A stretch of 59,067 bases of DNA, filler included, from Sphacelaria rigidula (GCA_964200075.2; 3 parts of 3 records of this genome joined end to end with filler, not necessarily neighbours in it), one strand, 5' to 3'; positions 24,750 through 37,630 are shown, counted from the whole stretch's first letter. The notes: a model not told the origin generated them from the letters alone. Made by a program: numbers and translations.

Positions 24750-25061
24750 CTCTTCTAGGGATGTACACAAACAAGTGATAGAAAAGCGTAAGGAACAGAT
24801 AGCCACGGTAGACGGACATGATCCAGAGAGAGTCGCACCTAGATCCTGGGATTAAGATATGTACTCTGATGATCGAGGGTGCTAAGGGGTATGATGGTAA
24901 TAAGGGAAGAAGAAAAGCTAAGGCGGGAAGCAGACGGGGAAGAGCAGGCGGAAGATATACGGGGGTTATTGAGAGAGGGTAAACTGATAAAAGTACATCT
25001 GCACGGCCCACAGGACTCGGGGAAAAGAATGAAACTGCGATTTCGGGTGGGGGATCTGGAC
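24750..25061 (+). mobile_element. Inverted internal fragment of the C-tail LINE, followed by a SINE tail (~25069-25106)
   Basis: GAAACTGCGATTTCGGGTGGGGGATCTGGAC matches the reverse complement of ~20255-20288. Confidence 0.75.
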
Positions 25062-26373
25062 TGTGGCGCAGACTGGCGTCCAGGATAGATGGGATGACAA
25101 CACACAGCGCGTTAAAAAATATTGTGATGCATATGAAGGTTCCCGCCATGGTTTAGCAACGATCTCGACGAAGTGCTGGGTAGTGTGTCCATAGACACGT
25201 CGCATCTGTGCCAGATATTTGGGCATAATGAAGATGCTGTGATGAGGAGCAAGCGGTAGTATAATGCAAGGACACAGGTTGTAGTCCAAGGTACAGGCTC
25301 ACAAGGCCAGCGGACAACAGTCAGGTTGGCACAGCTCTGCACACTGCTGAACACAGCTCAGCACAATATCAGACGGGTTCTCACGCAAATAGGTTCTTCA
25401 TTCCTTCTGGCTATCTTGATTCTAACTCCAGTACCCAATCAATCAATCCAACCCAAACCAGCCAATACCTCTCACCGATGGTTAGACTTCTTTTTGTTGG
25501 CTTGCAAGAGGGGAGCAGTTTGGTAGTGATTGATGGTGCGAGCTTTGGTCGTGGGACCAAAGCCAGTATCATCCCTGTAGTTATGCAGGTTCACATTCGT
25601 ACCCGACCAACTCTGAACAGACCTGTAGTCTTGGCTACCGAGATTCCCAATTACCGAAAGCTAGACTTCGACAACGGGTCTGAAGCGGCACGTCAACAGG
25701 GTAGTATGCGTCTTCATGACACTAACTCACCCAGACGAACGTTTATTACAGCTGCGAGGGTTTGTCCTCAAAGCAGCGAAAACTACGCTTTTCTTTACTC
25801 GTCAAGTCATGAGCGGCTAATAAAGCATACCTAAAGGAACATCCCGTACCTAACACTCCCGTACCAACAATCCTGTACCCACTCCCACACCTCAAAAGAA
25901 GGGAAGCATAGACTGATTCAAGGAGCAGAAAAAAATGACGGCTCCGAAACGCAGAAGCACAAACTGCTTGGGCGTTCTAGCGATCAACGAGGAAGCACGA
26001 ATTGCTTCGGCGTCCTAGCAAAAGTTAAGGGGGGGAAACAGGGAGGTACAACAGGGAGCAGAGCTCTGACCTGGGGGAAGCCAAAGGTACAACAGGGAGC
26101 AGAGCTTCAACCTGGGGGAACCCAAAGGTGCTAAAAACTGCAAGATCGGAAATCTGAAAATCGGTAATGCAACGAGATCGAGCGCCAGTTGAAGGGGGCA
26201 CTATAGCTCCGGTAGTTGTAGGTAGTGGTCGTCGCAGTAATTCTTGATCGCTGTCCGATGTAGGTCGCGCTGTTATGGTGTCGTAGAAGAGGATCTTGAT
26301 GGAGAAGGGAGGGCAGACAATACTTACGGAAAGAAATGGGGGTGGGGAAACAGTCGCGACAAAGAAGCGTGGT

Positions 26374-27319
26374 TCAAAGCGGAGCGTGGACGTCGTGGGT
26401 GTGGTCGATGTTGCGCTGGAGACCGTGGCAAAGTCCTTTGGACTTGAGGCGCTGGAGACACCAGGATCCGCGTGGTGCAGATGGGCTGGTGGTGTATAGT
26501 GCTGGCCGAAGCTTGAGCCGTATGAGTCCAGGGTCATCGATGAAGCGCACGATGTATGTGTCGGCCGAAACCAGGTTAGCGGAGTGGGTCTGACCCAACC
26601 ACCAGAGGTTGTCGCTGCCTTTGAAGCAAAGGTAGTCGCTGGTTCGCGAAGAACTTCGTCTTACAAATCTTGGAGGGTACAAGCTCGTAACCATCGGCGA
26701 CAAAGCGTAGTCCCTGATTGCGGCGAAGTTCGCGGGCCGCTGCGCCACGGCGCATGTTGCGATATTTCTTGTTGTGAGCAAGTCGCTGATGTTGGGATTG
26801 CGTCCAGTAAAGGAGGATTGCTCAGCGGTGCAATTGCAGGTCGGATTCACGTTCCCAAGACGCTCTCCGAAGACCGTGCCAGTGTGACTTATACATGACA
26901 GCGATCTTGCCTCGTCGACCACGGGTTATTTGGTGGCCGGAATTGGAGGACACAGCCAACCGAAGGGGCTGTACCGTCACGTCGTCGGTTGTAACGTGGT
27001 TGGGCGGGGACTTAGTCGAGTAGCTGTTGAGAACATACTGTGTGAGCCCGGCAGGCAGATACTTGGGCATGTCACTTGTGTCATGCGGGTTCGTGCAGGG
27101 TTTGCATCTGTGCACGGAGACGCGGGGTTTAGTGTCTTTGCCCTGGAAATCGCGAGGCAAGTCGAGATAGAGCAGTTTGTCACCAACGGGTTTTTCATCT
27201 GGTGATGATGATGGTCCGACTGTCAGGATCTTGAATGGTCCTTTCCAGTTGAGGGACAATTTTGTCTTCAAAATTGTTTCGTTGGTTACCTTGCTGGTGC
27301 CTTGGCGGATGGTCGACAA
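26374..27319 (-). pseudogene. Integrase C-terminus: GPF motif, chromodomain-like segment and an additional aromatic domain
   Basis: WKGPFKI; GHQITRGRRGKIAVMYKSHWHGLRRASWERESDL; then, past a stop and a frameshift, FKGSDNLWWLGQ...YIVRFIDDPG...SWCLQ. Confidence 0.75.
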
Positions 27320-27337
27320 ACTGTTGTAGATCCAAAC

Positions 27338-29071
27338 TCAATCACCAACTTTCCAGTTCAGGCGTTTGTGCATTAGGTTGTAGAGCGCAGTGTTAGATAT
27401 CTCTAGGCGGAAGGTGTTGATAGCGTGTTGATCGCGCACGAGGGTGAACGCTTTGCGTTGTCGTGCATGCGTTAGCTCGTTGTAGGATGTCTGATCCTGA
27501 TCCAATCCTTGGTGTCCGTCGAACGTGTGGCGCTCAAACACGGTGATAGGCAGCCGAGGGTAACGTCCAAGATGGAGTTTGTTCGGAGAAAGGCTTGTGG
27601 CGGCATTAACCGAGTTGTTGTGGGGCAACATGATGTGCGAGAGATGTAGGTCCCAGTCATTTCGGCGGTCATTGACAAATCTAGAGAGCATCTGGGCCAT
27701 GGTGTGATTAACCCTTTCGGTACCACCGTTACCGTTCGGGTGGTAGGCGCTCGTGGCAATTTTGCGGATGCCCAGGAGCTTGTAGAGCTCATCAGAGAGG
27801 TCTGAGCAAACCTGCTGACCATTGTCTGAAGGTAGTCGCTTTGGACAGCCGTAGTGCTTAATGTAATCGTGGACCAGTATATCGGCCGTTCCGGCGGCAG
27901 TGAAATCTGCGGCAGTTACCGCGTACATGGACGCGTGGCGGCTAAAGCGGTCAGTGAAGAGTAAGATGTAGGTGTTGCCGCGACCTGTGGTTGGTAGAGG
28001 GCCGAAGTAGTCAAAGGACACAAGGTGGCCGGGCTCGTCGGGGAGTCCCAGAAAGATGACGGGCCAGCATACTTTCTGTCGTGAAGTTTTTCGGGCTTGG
28101 CATTTAAGGCATCGCCGAATCCAGAAGCGGGTTGAAATTTCCATGCCAACCCACCAGTAGAAGCGTTCCAAGAGCGCGAAGGTGCGGGTGACGCCAAGGT
28201 GACATAACAAATCTGTGTAGCAGCCTTTCATGACCCAGGGGCGCATTAATAAGACATATATGCGCGTTGGTTCGTCATTGAGTAGTCGTGCGGTGCGCCC
28301 CGTAGTTGAGGCGGCAATGGCGCCTGTCAAGGGCGTGGGCCGACGTACGAGTAGTTGCACGCCTTCATCCGTAGTAAAAAGGGTGCCTTTGCGCACGAGC
28401 TCGTATACGTCAGAAATAACTGGTGGTGGCAGTGTTCCAACCGGGGCCAGAAGTGTGGACGGAAAAGGGACTGGGCAGTCAAGTTGTATGTGCCGGATGG
28501 CTGCGCGACATAGCGGTTCTGCGTTCTGTTCGCGAGCCCAATTGCGGTGGGAGTAGCTGGCGAGAAACTCGCGTAGTTGACCTTCCGCTGGCAAGCCGAC
28601 CAAACATGGTAGGGCAGGCGGCGGGGAAATAGGCGACGGGGCAGAAATGCCGACGTCAACATCTGTCCCGGAAGCAGGAGACGATTCGTCAGTACCGTGC
28701 TCGGAGGTAGGAGATGTTTGCGGCGCCGTTACTGGCGGCGGGGTTGTATCAGTGCGCGGCGAAGATTGTTCGCGGCACGTGGCGCACGGTGCAGAAGTTT
28801 TCGCGGAGCTTTGTGTGTTGCACCGTGGAGCTTGTGCTGGGTGGCTCCTAGAGGTTGAAGGTGTTGGTGGTGGCGGCGGGGCACTCGGTGTGGTGCGGGC
28901 GGCAGACCGGGAGCGCGTGTTGTCGGAGATAAGATGGGTGACTGGAGGTGTCTCCGCGAAGAGTTTCGCGCGAGTACCGAAAGTGCGAAAATCGACAAAA
29001 TCGGAGGTAGTGGGCTTTAACCCACCCAAGACGGCGTCATATGGTAGAGGGCGAGGTCCTCCCATATGCAT
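27338..29071 (-). pseudogene. pol: Gypsy pol: Pro/Thr-rich linker and integrase core
   Basis: HLG...YWW...CLKCQ; DYFGPLP, SDNG, YHPNGNGGTERVN. Confidence 0.92.
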
Positions 29072-29146
29072 GCCCGGGCACTGTAGGTCGAGGGCGTAAA
29101 TGAGCGTTGAAAAACGTCTGATCGCGTAAATTCCAGGTTCATCAGG

Positions 29147-30381
29147 TTACGTTAAACGGCAAGCCGGGCTCGAATCTGCGGCCGTAGGCGGCAGAGGTAG
29201 GCCGGAAAGAAGATCCGCGTTCCCGTTGGTTTTGCCTGGGCGGTGCTTAATGGTATACTTGTATGCCGTTAGAAACTCCAACCATCGTTGTACACGAGGG
29301 TTGTGTTCACCAATCTTGGCGAGTTCTTCAAGTGCTCCGTGATCCGTATAGATCTCGAAGGGCACGTGAAACAGATGTTGTCGAAGGCGCTTAATGGCCC
29401 AAGTGATTACTTCGCCTTCCAGTTCTAGCGGGCTCTAATTGGCCTCGTTGGGCAAGGTAGCGCGGCTGATATAGAGGATGGGTCGGACAGAGCCATCAAC
29501 CTGAGGTTGATTCAAAACTCCTACAAATCCGTTTGTGCTGGCGTCAGTGTGGAGTTGGAAAAGGCGGGAGCCATCTTGTACTACCTCCCAATCAGGAAAG
29601 CAAAGTACGGGCTTTTCGGTAAGCGTCTTAAGTAGTTGGCGGGTAATATTCTCCATTTCAGTGGTGAAAGAAAACACGGCGCCTTTCTTGAGTAGCTCAC
29701 TAAGGGGGCGTATCCGTTTAGATAAATTCGGGGAAAAATTGCGGTAGTAGGATAGCCTGCCCAACAATAAGCGAGGTTGACAAATGTTAGTTGGCATCGG
29801 CAAATCAGTCATCGCCTTGACTTTGTATCCGGATGCAGGCCCGCTGGCGAAATGGAATGCCCCAAGAAATTCAAGTCAGTCGCACCAAGGCGAGCGTTGG
29901 ATGGAGACAGTTTCAAATCGTGCGTGCGCAGGCGAGAGAGAAGTTATCGTAAAGTGCGTACATGTGCAATATGTGGGGCATCGAAAACGATAGCGTCATT
30001 CAAGTACATGATGATGTGCTCGAGGCCCTCGGTGACGCGTTGCATTAAGCGTTGAAAGTATCCCGGGGCAGTGGCGGCGCCTTGTGGCATTCGAAGCCAC
30101 TAATAGAGTCCGGACGAGGTACAAAAAGCCGTATGTGGGACTGTGTCAGGGTGTATAGCATTCTGAAAAAATCCAGAAGCGAGGTCGAAGGTGCTGAATA
30201 TTTTCCCTTCGCCCAAGGAGTCGAAGACTTCATCAATGCGGGGAATTGGAAGTGTACCGACTACGGTGACGCGGTTCAACCGTTGATAATTCGCGATTGT
30301 GCGTATGCTTCGATTCTTCTTGAGGACGACCACAAGGGGCGAGGCCCAAGGAGAGGAGGAATGTTGTATTAGTCCCGCTCC
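29147..30381 (-). pseudogene. pol: Gypsy pol: RT and RNase H (frameshifted)
   Basis: NYQRLN, LPIPRIDE, FDLASGFFQ, YLND (decayed YLDD), LHTDAS, IYTDH, RWLEFL, HRPGKTNGNADLLS. Confidence 0.92.
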
Positions 30382-31803
30382 TCAATACGCATCCAAGATG
30401 ACGTTAACTTTCTTGGTAAGGATTGGGTTGGTACGGTATGGCCGAGAAGAAATTGGCGAGACACCGGGTTGGAGGGTAACCTCAAAGGGCAGTGTTTTAC
30501 GATGCCCAAGGTCCGTCTTGGATCGGGAAAATCGACCTTGGTGCTGTAGCAGGTCATCACTGAGTTCTTGGATGGCTGCCGGTTCCCAGCCGGGCCCATG
30601 AAGGTCAAAATTGATGTCGCGCATGTGTGGCGGCAGTTGGTTCCACATGTGCAAGAAATTATTCGGAGAATCTGGTGATAAGCGTTGAAGCACTTTGGCG
30701 GGAGGATCGGAATTTGACTGGGCAGGATCCACGGTGTGGACCTGGGGTGGGGTCGCAGAGGCGAGGTCGAAATAGGGTTCACCGACACAATGGACTGACT
30801 CCGCCGGAGATGTGGTATTTGGCGCGGCAGGCTCTGTGACGCACGTTTCGAGTGGGATGTGCATCAGGGGAGCAACGGCGATTCCTAAAACATCGTCGGG
30901 TTCCAAGTTAGCATGGCCCGTAAGAGGGAGGAGTTGTTGTCCCGCTGACACAAAATGTTCTGTGTCGGCTGGTGCGCCAATACGGGGTAACATTTCGGCA
31001 AGATAATGGCCCTTAAGTGCTGGCATGCCATTTCGGCGAACGAGGGCAACTTCAAGAAGTTGAGGGTCGTCGGAGAGTGTAATACCCACGCTACCGCTAT
31101 ATCGTAGGTGGTAAGCAGCTCCGGTTGCCTGAGGATTCGTCTGATAAGCCAGGGCGCCGTGGAGAAGACCGAAATGCTCGAGGTTGAATTCTCCACGCGG
31201 CGTGGAATGTGGCGTTAGTGGTGGAAGCGCGCGGTGGGTTCGTTTATTAAACCGCACATAGCTATCTTTGCCCAATAATATGGCGTGATGCATTGTGCTG
31301 TCGGGGACAATGTATGCCCAGACTGCCAGGCTGACAGATCGAGTGGTGTTGTGACAGAATTGTACACTGAGGCGTACGGAATTTCGTGTCGTCAGTGGCG
31401 CGGCAGAATCACCGAAACCGCCCCACACGCGAGGTTTGGTGGTGGTTTCACAAGCTGCAGTAGCAGCGCCAGTCTGTTTCATGTGGTTCCATGTTGATTC
31501 TCGAATAAATGTTAGCGGGCTGCCGCTGTCCAACAAGGATACGCATTTCGTAGGCATGATGGCGTTTGGACCGGCGTGGATCGCAACGCGAGCAGTGAAA
31601 GTGGCCGGATCTACAGACACTTCGCCGCCGACAAGATCCGGATCATGTTCCGGCAAGATAAACTGGTCAGGATCAGCAGGGCTGGTAGCAAAAACGCACG
31701 GCGGATGATCCGCCGGTGGGTCAGATGTCTCACCAGAGAAAGGGGTGGACGGTATATTATTTCCAGGTGTGGCACGGTCATTGGCGATTTCGTAAATGAT
31801 CAT
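30382..31803 (-). pseudogene. pol: Gypsy pol: aspartic protease, linker domain and RT start
   Basis: LLDSGSPLTFI, ILLGKD, DLG...PISSRPYR. Confidence 0.9.
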
Positions 31804-32796
31804 CTTTGGTTGACAGGGATCACCGTCAAAGGGGGGTCCAGAGTGTGCGGGGCTGGAGCCGTCGATTGAAGAAGTAGTGCCGTCAGAATCATGTGATTTT
31901 GTTTCTTCCGGAATACGTCATAGAGCCGTCGAGCTCAAAGTCTTCGTACTTTGGAGAGATTGAGGTCGAGGATTTCCGCTCGAAAGAGGTGTACGTAATG
32001 ATGCGTGCCCGTCCTTGGGGGCATGCTTACGGGGCTTTCTCTTTCGCCGTGACAAAGGTCGGGGAACTTCCAAAACATTTGGGGATGGAACCACAACTGC
32101 GTCCAGTTGCGTGGATGGGGTCAGCATCGGGATATGACGGAGCGAAACTTGTGGGCTGCTTTCCGTAGGCAAGCTTGGCTGTTGGGGCATACCCGAAGAT
32201 ATGTTGGGGCGGTTGTTAGTAAAACCGGCCGAAGGTAGGTCCGTGCGTCTTTAAAATCGCGGGGAAGGAGCCCGATCGAACTGATTGGGAGTTACATGAT
32301 CCGATGTGGTCAGGTTCAAATCAGCAACATTTGGGTCAGCTGAAAAAGACTTGCTGCTACCTGTGCGTGCGGTCGCTGAGGAGAGCCGTTGCCTCAGGGA
32401 CTGGCAGTTGGTCTTCCCACACCTCAGACTTATACTCGGTACTGAAGGACCAAGTTCAGTACCGGATGTAGGTCTGAGTCGCGGGGTGACACAACTGTTA
32501 CGCGGTGTGTGGAGGGACGAAGACGGGGGTCGATTTGAACGGCCGTCAGTTGCACTCCTACATAGTGCTGGGAGAGCCGGGCGGATAATCTTAGTCGCAG
32601 GCTCTGCGGGCTGTATTGAAAAGTGTGTGGAGGTTGGAAACGGGGGTCGATATGAACGGCCGTCAGTTACGCTCCTGGATAGTGCCGGGGGAGTCGAGTG
32701 AGTAACTTTAGACATGGAATCCGCGGGCTGTGTTGAGAAAGTCTTCGATCGTGCTATCGACGGGGTGGAAGACCGAAGAACGCCGGCGTCGGCACG

Positions 32797-33264
32797 TCAT
32801 GGATCTAAGCGATGCGTAGTGAACGTACCAGGGTTTCTGGTGTTGCGATTAGAACTTTGTGTCGGTCCCGTCCGCTGGTGCCTATCAGCGGAATGTTTGT
32901 TGTCGCGAGAATTTTTATCGTTTTGGCGAGGGCTTCCATGATTGTTGTTGTGTCGGCGACCGCGATTAGAGTTTTTGTTGCCACGTTGGTTCGAATTGTT
33001 GCGGCAATTTCGAGTTGGTGGACGATAGTCGCGCATGCGTTTTTGCCATCGGCGCCACGCGGGTTCATTGTCATGCAATTCAGGGTTCATGAGATCAAAG
33101 GCATTGATGCATGGACTGTCACAGTCGCGCATGCTGTGGCCTTGAACCCTACATTTGATGCAACTGTTGGCATGACTGCTGAAGGCATTGCGTCTAGTGG
33201 AAGACGAAAGAAGGGGGTTCCACAAATGGGGGTAATCGGTTATGAATGCCGTTGTTGAAGTCAA
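32797..33264 (-). pseudogene. gag: Gypsy gag C-terminus with a CCHC zinc knuckle
   Basis: CIKCRVQGHSMRDC = CX2CX4HX4C, followed by an Asn/Arg-rich tail. Confidence 0.8.
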
Positions 33265-34188
33265 ATAAACATCATCTCAAGTTTCCTCGGAAAACGGCCA
33301 ACCATCAAAACTCGCGCTAAATGCATCTCTGGTACTCTGAACACGTACAACTGAACCGGCGACTGAGTCTGGGGTCCATGAAGCGCGAGACGAGCTCGAA
33401 GAACATCGCTCATGGTCACAAATATGACGGTAGTTCACGCCATAGTTCCAATTCATCTTGCGCTCCGAAGCGCCCGGTGCATGCTAACCATGAACGTACT
33501 CACGAGGATGCCTTGCGGCACAGATCAAGTTCTTCGCGCGTTAACTCGCGCTCTAAAACCCCCGATTATGCACCCTCGCGCATCTCTACTGCTCAGCATT
33601 TGTCACACAGCCGCCATGTACGCAATGATAACACACTGTACGTGCTGATGATATCCAAAACATATTTTCGGACATGTCACCGGCTCCGGAATGCTCAATT
33701 GAGGGATCCGGCCGCACCTCATCGCACAACCGACGACCACGCACTGACTGCGAACCACCGTCCCGTTCCGATCCTACGCTTGTTCGTTCTCTCCAACAAC
33801 GCTTGACAGAACTTGAGCGCCAAATGTCTACGATGGACTCCTCATCATCTGCTACCGCCGCCGCTACTGCTACCGTGACTGCTGCGCCTTCGGCCGCCCC
33901 TGCACCGGCTCATTCAACCGCCGCCGCTCCGTCTGCTATCGACACGGATGCCGATAGCGGTTCTACAATGGCCCCTGTGCGCCCTCCCTCATCCGTGGAG
34001 GCTCTCCCTCCGCTTCGCGACGAGCACTGCTCAACCGGCCTGCTCTTACGCCTGTTCACAAACAGGCCCCGCGCGAAACAGCAACAATTGATAGATGACT
34101 ATGCATAGCAGGCGCCTGCGCTGGCGTAGGATATCCTCGGCAAACAACGCGGCGCTGAAGCCGCCGGTGCCTGCCTCCTTCTGGAGGA

Positions 34189-34231
34189 GTGGTGGTGGTG
34201 GTGGTGGTGGTGGTGGTGGTGGTGGTGGTGG
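34189..34231. repeat. (GGT)n microsatellite
   Basis: Seen directly. Confidence 0.95.
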
Positions 34232-35217
34232 CGTTCTCAGGAAGACCGCCGGTCCGAGAACGTATCCTGGTCTAAGGGATAAATGACCACAGGTCTGCGA
34301 CGGAGAGCCAGGCACGACAGTTTCGGATCCGGTCATCAGCGAGCAGCATGTGGATCGAGGCAGCAAGCTGAAAGATCGCGATGGGAATACGCGGGTTAGG
34401 GTCATATGTTACTGCATTCCAGAGGTCTTGCGCAGAGCATGTTGATCTTGGTCTTGCAGACACGGATGACTCGACACATGGGCAGGTACCCTTATTTGAT
34501 CATACATAAGATACATCAGGATGCACTTGTTCACAGGACACCACAGCAGTACCACCATGTAGCTCGCGGCAGCTGACAAAAGTGGACTGCCATATTGTAC
34601 GCCTGTACTAAATCGCACCCACGTAGCACACCATGTAGCCGATGAGTGCATTGTAGGCCGATGTGCTGTATTAGGGTAGATGCTAATCGTAGCCCAGATT
34701 ACATCGTTTTGCTCATCAACATTTTCTGTAAGAGCCAAATGGTTGATATAATAGTTGTCATCCGCTACTGTTGTACACCGCCACCCGAACAGACAGCAGG
34801 TTACCGGCATGTCGAACGTTTTCTTGTACAACCTGGAGACAAACCCAGTGTCAGTTCTCGCAATGCCCAGCCGCATTATTCATGAAATTCCTCGTATTCT
34901 AAGTTCATTTCGTAAGTCAACCCCAATACTCAGGTCATGCGTGCATGAGGAATCGTAGCTGATAACCCAGCCTGGGGTTCGTCCTCGACCATTTTAGCGA
35001 GTGTTTGTTGTGAGTTCAGTGCCATCAAAACCGCCCTTAGTAGGCCTTGACACATAAGGTACGCGTACAGCGTGCTGAGGCATGCGTAGCAAGGCCCGCC
35101 GCAGGTGATAGTGTTTGAAGCAAGGCAAATCTAAGGTTTCGCCTTATGCCTCCGTATGCCGTCGAAGCCTCGCTTCATGGCTGACATCCCCAGCGTATAA
35201 GGGTTATTATGGTTGTA

Positions 35218-36389
35218 CAGGCTGGGCCAGCCTACACGCGGATTTGTACTTTGCAGGCGAGTTCGCAATTTTTTTTTGGAGTTGGGAAATGAAATTTGGT
35301 ATGGTCAACAGGGCATGAAGAAAAGCTGTCTGTAAGATCCCGAAGTTTATTTTTTATTTTTTCATGAGTTAAGCGCATTTTACTAAAACCTCAAAACTGA
35401 TTATTGCTCCTAACTTACGAAAAAAAGAAACAACTTCGGGACCTCGCAGACAGCTTTTCGTCATGCCCTGGTGATTGTCCATACCAAATTTCACCGTCCA
35501 ACTCCAAGAAAAAAATTGCGAACTTACCTTTGAAAAACCGGGCCGGCGGAAATTCGGAACAGTATTTTGCAGGCCGTTGTGCGGGACCTCTCTAGGTCAT
35601 GATGAACCAAGACAAACGGGTGAGGTTAGTTTGTTTGTTTTTTCCACTGATTCAGGGCGTTTTAGTATAGTAACGACCATTTTTTTACGAGAACGCCCGA
35701 ACCTCTCATCAAAGAAAAAATATGAAGGCTCAGTTCTTTTTACCCAGCACACCTCTGTCGTTCTCCATGCCAAGTTTCAAATCACAATTCTAAAAATTGA
35801 GGTGAAAAATTTAGATAAGACCCAAGAGCAACGTTCATTTCTCCTCAAAACTCCCCCAAAACACGAAAAAAGATGGAAAAAAAATTAAAAAACAAAAACG
35901 AAAAAGCTGTGTCTCCTACTTCATTATGCACTAGCGGTTCTCCATACTAAATTTCACAGCACAACTCTCAAGAATTGAGACGCGATATCCAGGTTTAGGT
36001 CATCTAGTGCCTCTGCCTTTAATATGCTGATTTTATTATGGAAATTTATGTGCGCCATATCTCGTCATGAATAACGAATTAGGTGAAGGTGAGGGTATCT
36101 ATCGTCTCCCCGTGCTCCAGGGAAGGTCCACACCAAAAATCGTCATCATCCGCTTAATCGATCGTTCGGGGTTTCATATAGATTTTAGTGTGGACGTTAT
36201 CTCCGCTAGGTATAGGAATTACTAGACAAGGGGTTTAATCAACTAAAAAATGGACCAGATTTTTGAGCAGATGGGTACCTTCCCCTTGATTGGATGATTA
36301 ATACGATATGCGGATCACGGCCCAACTTGTCTGTGTCGTTGAGATATCGCTTTGAGAGCTTTAATCCGTTTTTAGGCTGGCCCAGCTCG
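35218..36389. mobile_element. Non-autonomous TIR element (~1.17 kb) with an internal palindrome at 35254-35529
   Basis: TA|CAGGCTGGGCCAGCCTACACGCGGATT ... AATCCGTTTTTAGGCTGGCCCAGCTCG; homologous to 1-541. Confidence 0.8.
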
Positions 36390-36714
36390 AAAGGCATTTG
36401 TGTGCCCTAGCCCCTGGTTTTAGGGATTTAGCGTATGACGGCGTTATTTTATGCTTGCCTCTGTGTGCCTTGGTGAAATAGATTTTTTTCAGGCAACAAA
36501 TATCGTCTCAGGCAACCCTTTGCTGAGAAGGGGTTCTAAGGAAAAAAAAAAACTAGCCCTTTGCCACACTGCGAGTTTTTGTACAGTCTGGACTATACTT
36601 CGTATATTGTCGTCTCCTTGTCCAAAACCCCCCAAAACAACGAAACACATCCCATCCCATCCACCACAACCACTTATTCAACCCAACAAATATATTGCTT
36701 TATACGTACATATA

Positions 36715-37630
36715 GCGTACCCCAAGGCGCAGCGCCCTGACTATCACATGCTGCCGAACCACGAGGTCCTCGAAAGAACTAGCTGCGAGTCCATTGGGGC
36801 CACGTGATGAAGCGAACCCTCCTACTCGCCGGCCGCGTTGTGCGCATGCACGATGAATGCCTCCCCAACATCGTCTTGCGTGGAGTTATGGTCGGAGAGA
36901 AGACGAGGGTAAGCCGACGAGTAAGGCGCCTACAACACTCTATCACGGACTACTGTTAGTACTTCGAAATAAATGCGAAATCGTGGACGCAGGTTGCCCA
37001 AGATGTGCCCAAATGGTCCCGGGTTGTAGAGGAGGGGGGCTAACATGTACATGGCAGCCTGAACGGAAGCACGCTATGCTAAGGAACTGTTTGCCGTGCT
37101 ACCACTAGAGCTCACCCACTGTGCTACCACTAGAGCTCGCCCGGTGCCTACCGAGGACCTCCAAAAAGTAACCAGTAGTCCATCGGACAGTACACTCGCC
37201 AGTACATTTGCAGTCTTTCCGAACAGTTGTGGTGGTTGTTCATCAGGGTGCCTAGTGTTGTTTTTGAGTAGACCGTCGCTCGGTGGCCATGCTAATCCCC
37301 TTGTGTCATCTGTCCTTTCTTGTCTTTCCCTTTGTTTCCCTTTGCAGTCGGTGTGCTTTTCGAAGCAGATCTGAAGGGCTTTTTTTTCCTTTCCACACCG
37401 TTGAAGTCGGGGAAGCTACTTCTCATGTTTTTCTTCGCGTCTCTTTTCTTATTTTCATTTTGGTAATATGTTGGCTGATTGTGTTTGTCTTTGTAATTAG
37501 GCTGGAGTCTCGGAGAAAAATGACGTGGGCTCTATGTCTTGCAAGGGATAGCAGGTACGGTATTTAAAAGACGCGTCTGCGTCTGTGACCACGGGTTCGA
37601 AAGATCGGATTAATGTGCGAGAAGAATAAT
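36715..37630 (+). mobile_element. 5'-truncated RTE-like LINE, 3' fragment
   Basis: HMLPNHEVLERTSCESIGAT*..LLLAGRVVRMHDECLPNIVLRG resembles the RTE ORF2 C-terminus at 12347-12682; ends with the ATTAATGTGCGA motif. Confidence 0.75.

Larger units (their letters stand above)
25510..33300 (-). mobile_element. Ty3/Gypsy LTR retrotransposon, degenerate, missing the 5' part of gag and the 5' LTR
   Basis: Domain order zinc knuckle-PR-RT-RNH-INT-chromo. G-rich PPT-like tract (~25842-25893) followed by TGTT at 25841 as the candidate 3' LTR start. The far LTR end is a guess and no second LTR was found. Confidence 0.92.
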
